From positions 3,152,567 to 3,216,566 of the forward strand of contig OY776212.2 of NCBI GenBank assembly GCA_963675375.2: a stretch of DNA of 64,000 bases, read 5' to 3'. This DNA comes from Anaerolineales bacterium (lineage in GTDB: Bacteria > Chloroflexota > Anaerolineae > Anaerolineales > UBA11579). This document shows positions 1 through 5,561 of this stretch, piece by piece. The notes beneath the pieces were generated by a model. It saw only the letters and a list, made by a program, of their open reading frames with translations, ran no database searches and was not told where the DNA came from. The position numbers were made by a program, and so were the translations under genes. Every line of letters starts with the position of its first letter. Position 1 is the first letter of the stretch.

Positions 1-547
1 GGCCGGAAATGCCGGGGAAGAAGTATTTTGCTCCCCCCGAAAAACCTACCACCTCATGTGGAAATGTGGGGCCGAGAACCAAGATATGGTCGTAGTCCAT
101 CACCCTGGCATTGAGCTTGATCGGAATATCCCCACCCAAAGATGGATGCCAGCTGTCCCCAATGATGTCTTGCACCTCTTCCTGGGACAACGTGCCAATC
201 TGCTGGAGTGCCGCAGGTGTATCCCACTGGTGATTGAACAGCCCAATATGTTGATATTTACCGGTGCGCTCCGCTGAGGTGATCCCAACAAGATGATTCA
301 TCTGTGCTTCGGTCAGTGGGGGGTGTGTGCCCAGCGCCACCATAAAATCCAACTTTCCCGTGTCGGAAAGGGCTTCGACCAACATTTCAAACAGAGCAGG
401 CAATGGAATACTGCGCGTGTGGTCGGGGATCAACACCAAGACTTTTTGGTCCTGAAATCTCCCCGTCAACCCCTTATGGATGGTATCAGCCACCACATCG
501 TTGGATAATAGTTGACCATTGTTTGCTATTGCCTGAATTTCTACCAT
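1..547 (-). CDS. LarA-like (DUF2088) nickel-dependent racemase/epimerase family protein, N-terminal part. The gene runs off the window start.
   Basis: Absent from the ORF track because there is no stop in the window. My reverse-strand translation gives (MS)MVEIQAIANNGQLL...KVLVLIPDHTRSIPLP...DFMVALGTHPPLTEAQ...GPTFPHEVVGFSGGAKYFFPGISG. The PDHTR and GTH motifs are typical of the LarA family. A GAGGAG sits directly before the first ATG (553), so the second ATG (547) has the better spacing. Confidence 0.65.
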   Translation of the reverse strand, partial: MVEIQAIANNGQLLSNDVVADTIHKGLTGRFQDQKVLVLIPDHTRSIPLPALFEMLVEALSDTGKLDFMVALGTHPPLTEAQMNHLVGITSAERTGKYQHIGLFNHQWDTPAALQQIGTLSQEEVQDIIGDSWHPSLGGDIPIKLNARVMDYDHILVLGPTFPHEVVGFSGGAKYFFPGISG

Positions 548-686
548 GCTCATCTCCTCATTATTGCAGCCCCCCTACCAATTTCGCCATCATTTTAATC
601 CAGAAAAGAGATATTTTCAGGAAATCGGTAGATGTATTGCGCAGTTTATTGAGGCTTTTTTCTATTCAGGCAGCAGCCTGGGTTAA

Positions 687-720
687 AACATCTTTACCCA
701 GTTAGCTGGGCAAAGATGTT
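687..720 (-). terminator. Putative intrinsic terminator downstream of the rdhC-like gene
   Basis: 14-bp inverted repeat AACATCTTTACCCA / TGGGCAAAGATGTT with a 6-nt loop. The single mismatch becomes a G-U pair on the minus-strand RNA. The stem runs into UUUU on the minus strand, 57 nt after the stop at 777. Confidence 0.45.
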
Positions 721-776
721 GCTAAAAAGTTCAACCAAGATTAATCCCATGGACACCAAAACAAAGATCAACAGGA

Positions 777-2012
777 TCAGTTCAGCCCTTCTTTTCTTCT
801 TTTGGGCTTTATTTTTTTCCATAATTCCAATATCCATTTCCGAGCCATCCGAATAAAATCCACCACCGGGTCTATTGGGCATAGATACGTACACCAGGGG
901 CGTTTGACGAACAGTGAAACCACCAGCACAAGAGCCAACAGAATAAATTGTAAATTTGAGCCCAAGAAAGAGAACAAAGTACCAAAGATCTCATAGCTGG
1001 TGATTCCCGGACTGCGGAATAATAAGGCAACCACAATTGCAAACCACACCACACCGCGGCGCAGCCACATTAAGAAATTCCGGTAGCGTCCGGGAGAATA
1101 AACCTTTGCCCCTCCCACTGCGCCCATACACTCTTGCGCGGCACCAAAAGGGCAAAACCAATAACAATATGGATTTTTATTATCCACGGTGAATACGAAC
1201 AGAATACCTCCAAGCAGCAGATACCAGTACAGGCTGGTGCGCCAATTCGGCCAAAAGCCCAACAACAACTTATTGAAATAAGCCAGGGTCAACGGCGCGT
1301 TATACACAAAGCCCAACACCACCAAACCAACCAGCATCGCCACCCAGCGGAGTTGTTTCTTGTATTTAAATTTGCCCTGATGACCAATAAAACCAACCCC
1401 AAACAAAGCCAGCAGTGTAATTTCAGGAACGCCAAATACAATTTTGGGTTTGGCCTGTGACGGCAGTGATAGACCGAGTTGTTCACCTGCAACTTCCCTG
1501 CTCCCTGCTAAGACCGCTTGCGCAATCGCCCTGGATGTGTAGGTTGCACTGGTCACGCCATCAACATCTTCCCCAAGCTGGAAGGCATCCTGATAACTCT
1601 TCCCCAGCAAAGTGCTGACGTAGTCGCTTTCCATTACTTTGCGATACCAAGAAGGGGTTTCCCGGTGTTTGATCACCTTCAAACCAGAAACATTCCCTTC
1701 CAAATCTACCCCCACAGCCGCTTGTAAAGGGCCGCCATACCCATTGGCCTCGCCAATAGTCACGTACCCAATCAATTGATCAGCGCCATCGTCGGCATAG
1801 GCAGCATATGTGTCCGCCGATAATTTTTCAAAATGGGCGGCAGCAGGCATGGCTTCACTCAAAAAAGATTCAAGCTCACCTGATTCAAGCTGATATCCAA
1901 CCAGCCAGGCGGCTGCAAAGGTCAAGATCGCGACCACAGCCAGAATGCGCTCCCACTGCGGTTTTGTCTTCTTCTTTATTTTTTTCTCTGTAAAAATAAT
2001 CTGTTCAGACAT
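777..2012 (-). CDS. rdhC: RdhC/PceC-like membrane flavoprotein: periplasmic FMN-binding domain plus NosR/NapH-type polytopic domain with two CX3CP motifs
   Basis: 411 aa. N-terminal TM helix, FMN_bind-like DGVTSATYTSRAIAQAV (flavinylation-type S-A-T), several TM helices, and CYWFCPFGAAQEC and WCTYLCPIDP cysteine motifs. Sits in the same strand block as rdhAB. Confidence 0.7.
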   Translation of the reverse strand: MSEQIIFTEKKIKKKTKPQWERILAVVAILTFAAAWLVGYQLESGELESFLSEAMPAAAHFEKLSADTYAAYADDGADQLIGYVTIGEANGYGGPLQAAVGVDLEGNVSGLKVIKHRETPSWYRKVMESDYVSTLLGKSYQDAFQLGEDVDGVTSATYTSRAIAQAVLAGSREVAGEQLGLSLPSQAKPKIVFGVPEITLLALFGVGFIGHQGKFKYKKQLRWVAMLVGLVVLGFVYNAPLTLAYFNKLLLGFWPNWRTSLYWYLLLGGILFVFTVDNKNPYCYWFCPFGAAQECMGAVGGAKVYSPGRYRNFLMWLRRGVVWFAIVVALLFRSPGITSYEIFGTLFSFLGSNLQFILLALVLVVSLFVKRPWCTYLCPIDPVVDFIRMARKWILELWKKIKPKRRKEGLN

Positions 2013-2048
2013 AAATAAGTTTTCAAAAATTAGTTTATTAGAAAACAG

Positions 2049-3359
2049 CTATTCAATTTCATGAAGCAATTCTTTGGCTTTCCCGATCAGCGTGGGATCA
2101 TCAAAATCCTCAAAATAGCCAATTGCTTTCCGGCACCATTCCGCTGCCAGCACAAGATCACCCTGATCGCGATAACTCATTGCCAGCATGCAGCATTGCT
2201 CTCCTGCAATGCGAATATCACCCAGCTTTTCAGCCGCTTCCAAAGCAAGATGCGAATATAGCATGGATTGTTCTAGATGCCCAAGGTCTGCATTGATCGC
2301 CGCCAACCGGCCCAATAATCGAGCTTCGACCTCCCGCTTCTGTAGTCGTACAGAAAGCTCATGTGCAGCCTCGTAGTCTTGTAAAGCCGCCTCTAATTTT
2401 TCCTGGTCATAATAGGTATTTGCCCGATTCGTTAAGATCGTGAGCTGTGCGGTTTTGTCCTGCTGCTGCTCCGCAAAACGCAATGCAGCATCCATCACAT
2501 CAAGGGCTTCATCCAATTTGTTCTTGCTGATCAGCAGCATAATAAGCGCTTCTTCGTAAGATTTTTGAGTCAGATAGTCACCAGCCTCAATTGCAAGGGC
2601 TAAGGCTCTTCGGGTAGCTTTTAAACATTTCTTTGTGCGGCCTTCTTCTGCGTACGCGCGGACCAAATAACGCAGTACGTTCCGTTCACCTTCCAGGTTA
2701 CCCAACTCACCATAAAGGTCTTGCGCTCTTTCAAAAACGCCGATCATGGAAGCATAATCATCATAGCGAGCGTGGATCAAACCGATATTGTTTAAATAAC
2801 CGGCAATAGCCGGAGCGTCTTCCAGCTGTTCTGCCAGTTCCAAAGCGCGTTTAAAACCATCCAGTGCACCTTCAGCAGATGCCATCTGCATATATGCGCG
2901 CCCCAAATTTCCCTGGTGGATCATCTCTCGCTTAGGATCATTCAAAGTTTTGGCAATGCCAATGGCAGCAACCAAATTGTTAATTGCCGGTCCCAGATCG
3001 CCAGTTTCTATCAATACCAGGCCCATATTGCCTTGTGCGTCACAAACCATTTCCTGATTATCGATTTCTTCAGCGATTTCAAACACTTTCTGGAAACATT
3101 CATAGGCATCTTCCCGCCGTTGGATGTCGTATAACGCCCAACCTTGCGAACCAATCGTGTAAGCCTCCAGCATACGATCCTGGTTTACTGTTGCATTTTC
3201 AATAGCTTGTTCAAATGTAGCAACCCCTGATTCATAGGATTGTTGAGCAATAAGCTGAGTTCCTAATTGAACTAAAGAATAGCTGACAGCTACATAATTC
3301 CCGGCGGTCTGTGCGTCCTCAAGCTGTTTTTCTAGGGTTGCAATTGAGTCAAATGACAT
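2049..3359 (-). CDS. Tetratricopeptide-repeat (TPR) protein, cytoplasmic
   Basis: 436 aa. Repeated A/L/Y/G-rich ~34-aa helical repeats throughout (e.g. GNLGRAYMQMASAEGALDGFKRALELAE). No signal peptide or TM helix. Confidence 0.7.
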   Translation of the reverse strand: MSFDSIATLEKQLEDAQTAGNYVAVSYSLVQLGTQLIAQQSYESGVATFEQAIENATVNQDRMLEAYTIGSQGWALYDIQRREDAYECFQKVFEIAEEIDNQEMVCDAQGNMGLVLIETGDLGPAINNLVAAIGIAKTLNDPKREMIHQGNLGRAYMQMASAEGALDGFKRALELAEQLEDAPAIAGYLNNIGLIHARYDDYASMIGVFERAQDLYGELGNLEGERNVLRYLVRAYAEEGRTKKCLKATRRALALAIEAGDYLTQKSYEEALIMLLISKNKLDEALDVMDAALRFAEQQQDKTAQLTILTNRANTYYDQEKLEAALQDYEAAHELSVRLQKREVEARLLGRLAAINADLGHLEQSMLYSHLALEAAEKLGDIRIAGEQCCMLAMSYRDQGDLVLAAEWCRKAIGYFEDFDDPTLIGKAKELLHEIE

Positions 3360-3391
3360 TTTTTAATCCTTGGGTATATTTGGTAATACCT

Positions 3392-3434
3392 GGTTAGTTG
3401 GATTGTCCATGCTTTGTTGACAATCCAACTAACC
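3392..3434 (-). other. Perfect 16-bp stem-loop between rdhB and the TPR gene (possible terminator, attenuator or processing site)
   Basis: GGTTAGTTGGATTGTC - 11 nt - GACAATCCAACTAACC, 12 nt after the rdhB stop. No U-tract follows on the minus strand. Confidence 0.5.
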
Positions 3435-3445
3435 GTTATGCTAAA

Positions 3446-3748
3446 CTATTCTGCTATCTTCTGACGGTCCGCGGCTAACAAACGCCACAAACCAACGCCC
3501 AAAACAATCGATACAACGATCATCGGGATAAAAATACGCAACGCTGCATTGGGTTCATTTTCACCTAAGATCGTCATAGGAGCAGCCAGTGAAACATTGA
3601 ACAGCCCATACCACAAGGCGGCTAAAAGCCATTTCCACCAGGTCATTTTGAGCCCTAAATCTTTAGCCCAGGTAACTGCACCAACAGCCACCAAGATCAT
3701 CAGCATACCCATTACAAACCAGAATAAGTCTCCACTAAACATTGTCAT
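3446..3748 (-). CDS. rdhB: RdhB-like small membrane anchor protein (three TM helices)
   Basis: Roughly 98-100 aa once the start is trimmed. ATG at 3748 overlaps the rdhA TGA (ATGA). The alternative ATG at 3742 lies 7 nt after GGAG. Three hydrophobic helices: LFWFVMGMLMILVAVGAVTWA, WKWLLAALWYGLFNVSLAAPMTIL, LRIFIPMIVVSIVLGVGLWRLL. Lies immediately 3' of rdhA, as in rdhAB operons. Confidence 0.65.
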   Translation of the reverse strand: MTMFSGDLFWFVMGMLMILVAVGAVTWAKDLGLKMTWWKWLLAALWYGLFNVSLAAPMTILGENEPNAALRIFIPMIVVSIVLGVGLWRLLAADRQKIAE

Positions 3749-5244
3749 TCTCCTTTTTGTGGATTTGCAGGAGAGACCGCAAACCAATTTTCAATTTCCA
3801 GCCATTCAGGAGCAGGGCGGAAGCCTGCAAAACGGCCATCTGGCGGGTGGCGGTACTCTTGTGCATCTGGCATATCAAAAGCGCTTTTCTGCATCCAGAC
3901 CAATACGTCATTGACCAAACCGGTTGGGTCATTCACATCCGCAGTTTTCGCCAATTCGTGTACCCAATTGCTCTTACGGCTGAAGGGACAAACAGCCAGA
4001 CACAGCCGGCAGCCCAACGGCCCCATAGCTTCCATCCAGAAATTGAAGCATTTGGCGGTGTTGACGTACCAATGTTCGTATCCACGCAGTTCCATACCTT
4101 CTGGGGAATCTTCCATGCTGATCGCCCCGGATGGACATTGTTCTGCACAAATTTTGCAAGTGTTGCAAAAATCGGCTACGCCAAAATCAATGGGCTTGTC
4201 CACAGTCATCGGCACATTTGTAGTCACAACTGCCAAACGAAGGTTTGAACCGGTTTCTGGGCAAATGGTGTACCCGTGGCGACCGGTCTGACCAATCCCA
4301 GCATCCACCGCGATCGGTGGGACAACCAGATCATAGTGGGTAGGCGGGTGATGAGAGCGGGCTGGATAGCCGATGGACTTGATGAAGGCTGTTAAGCGGC
4401 CAGCGGCATTCCGCACCCGGTTGTAGCCATCGTAGCTGGTACCGTGCGCCGGGTTAGATAACATCTGATCCCACTCATGCGGGACGCCGACAACAATGGC
4501 ATATTCCCAATGAGCCGGCACTTCGTACGGGCCAGGTTCACCACCGCGCAAATTGCTGTCATAGCAAAAGTCTGGGTTGAGCTTGGTGATTCCGACAATG
4601 GTCGCACCGTACTGGTGTGCAATCTTCTTGATCAACTCAGCGGCATGGTCTGGGCTTTTAAATGGCAATGGTTCACCAATTTCATGTACTTCTGTACCGG
4701 CAAGACCAAAGCGGGTCATCTTATAATCTGAAATTTCTGGGGGTTCGGTGGGTTCAGGCGGGTAGAAATTGAAGAGTTCTTCCCAGCCGTTTGCATACGC
4801 ATCTGCAAGCGCAAAATACGCATCATATTTCATGTGGTTTTCAGCAGCAGTAGGCATCACCACAGTCTGACATTCCCAATCCAATTCCAGCGTTTCCGGG
4901 TTCTCCTCGTAGAACTTAGCTAACGGCTCAGGAAAAGCGTCCAAGCTATCACCCAATTTCCACCCGGCGGCTACTGCCTGACCAAAAACACCCGTGCGGG
5001 CAAAAACATAGTCGGTAAGGTAGCCAGGGCGTCTGATTTCACCCACTACTTTGTAAGGTTTGTGATCAATTTCAAACGCTTTGCGGTTGAAGGTTTGTTC
5101 CACACCCTCAAAGTTTTTGTATCCGGTATAACTATCGATATCTTCTCCAGCGGCCAAACCAGAACCAGCAAAACCAATTACTTGCAGGGCTACCCCAGCC
5201 GCTCCCCCTATCTTCAGGAAATCTCTTCGTGAGAGTTCTCCCAT
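3745..5244 (-). CDS. rdhA: Reductive dehalogenase catalytic subunit homologue (RdhA family, corrinoid/Fe-S)
   Basis: 499 aa. Twin-arginine signal MGELSRRDFLKIGGAAGVAL. C-terminal CNTCKICAEQCP and C-x15-CRLCLAVCP ferredoxin-like motifs in the arrangement typical of RdhA. AAGGAGG Shine-Dalgarno at 5251-5257 (reverse strand). Confidence 0.8.
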   Translation of the reverse strand: MGELSRRDFLKIGGAAGVALQVIGFAGSGLAAGEDIDSYTGYKNFEGVEQTFNRKAFEIDHKPYKVVGEIRRPGYLTDYVFARTGVFGQAVAAGWKLGDSLDAFPEPLAKFYEENPETLELDWECQTVVMPTAAENHMKYDAYFALADAYANGWEELFNFYPPEPTEPPEISDYKMTRFGLAGTEVHEIGEPLPFKSPDHAAELIKKIAHQYGATIVGITKLNPDFCYDSNLRGGEPGPYEVPAHWEYAIVVGVPHEWDQMLSNPAHGTSYDGYNRVRNAAGRLTAFIKSIGYPARSHHPPTHYDLVVPPIAVDAGIGQTGRHGYTICPETGSNLRLAVVTTNVPMTVDKPIDFGVADFCNTCKICAEQCPSGAISMEDSPEGMELRGYEHWYVNTAKCFNFWMEAMGPLGCRLCLAVCPFSRKSNWVHELAKTADVNDPTGLVNDVLVWMQKSAFDMPDAQEYRHPPDGRFAGFRPAPEWLEIENWFAVSPANPQKGE

Positions 5245-5324
5245 ATTGTGCCTCCTTTCAAAAGGACATGGTGAGTGGGTTCAGCACAAACGCTGCAGGT
5301 ATCGACATCGACACCCTCTTCTCT

Positions 5325-5456
5325 CGAGACACAAGCTCTAACCAAATATCTGACTTCCTGCAAAAAAGCAGGTCACAGTTGCGGGACAGTGCCGGAATAG
5401 ATCATTAAAACGATCTTCACCGACTTCCTTGGATAGACTGGAACCCTGAATAAGTA
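5325..5456 (-). promoter_or_regulatory. Cobalamin (B12) riboswitch-like 5' leader of rdhA
   Basis: Minus-strand RNA reads ...CUAUCCAAGGAAGUCGGUGAAGAUCGUUUUAAUGAUCUAUUCCGGCACUGUCCCGCAACUGUGACCUGCUUUUUUGCAGGAAGUCAGAUAUUUGGUUAG... This contains the GGAAnnnGGUGAA, CCCGCAACUGU and AGUCAG (B12-box) elements. CUAUCCAAG pairs with UUUGGUUAG to close the junction. Boundaries are approximate. Confidence 0.7.
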
Positions 5457-5500
5457 CGCTTTATTCTAAAAAACTTGTCCTAATGGGAAAATACTTAATT

Positions 5501-5518
5501 TGTGTGATTTTTCACACA
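5501..5518. promoter_or_regulatory. Perfect palindrome TGTGTGA-TTTT-TCACACA (candidate transcription-factor site)
   Basis: 7-bp arms with a 4-bp spacer. Lies about 35 bp upstream (minus-strand sense) of a TAGAAT -10-like hexamer at 5463-5468 and of the riboswitch 5' end. Confidence 0.5.
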
Positions 5519-5535
5519 CGCCCCCTGTTTTCGAA

Positions 5536-5551
5536 TCACACAAAAGTGTGA
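5536..5551. promoter_or_regulatory. Perfect palindrome TCACAC-AAAA-GTGTGA (second, permuted copy of the same half-site)
   Basis: 6-bp arms with a 4-bp spacer, 10 nt after the stop of the LuxR-type regulator gene. Uses the same TGTGA/TCACA half-sites as 5501-5518 in the opposite arrangement. Confidence 0.5.
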
Positions 5552-5561
5552 GGAGGTAAAC

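Noticed and set aside
694-996. Small ORFs 694-894 (-) and 802-996 (+) at the 3' end of rdhC
   Set aside because: They overlap the rdhC coding region or the terminator hairpin, and nothing supports them beyond being open frames.
3549-4731. Several plus-strand ORFs of 60-170 aa (e.g. 3742-4248, 3911-4291, 3549-3914) lying inside rdhA/rdhB
   Set aside because: They are antisense to a long, motif-rich CDS (TAT signal, Fe-S motifs). They have no recognisable motifs or Shine-Dalgarno sequences and show the skewed composition typical of shadow ORFs.
3745-5244. Possibility that the RdhA-like protein is an epoxyqueuosine reductase (QueG) or another cytoplasmic relative
   Set aside because: It has a clear twin-arginine signal (SRRDFLK) and is 499 aa long. 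It is followed by a coupled three-helix RdhB-like gene and accompanied by an RdhC-like gene. QueG is cytoplasmic, shorter and lacks these partners.
5501-5551. The two TGTGA palindromes as intrinsic terminators of the regulator gene
   Set aside because: The stems are short and A/U- and G/U-rich, and they are not followed by U-tracts on the minus strand. A DNA-binding site role seems more likely, although read-through attenuation cannot be excluded.
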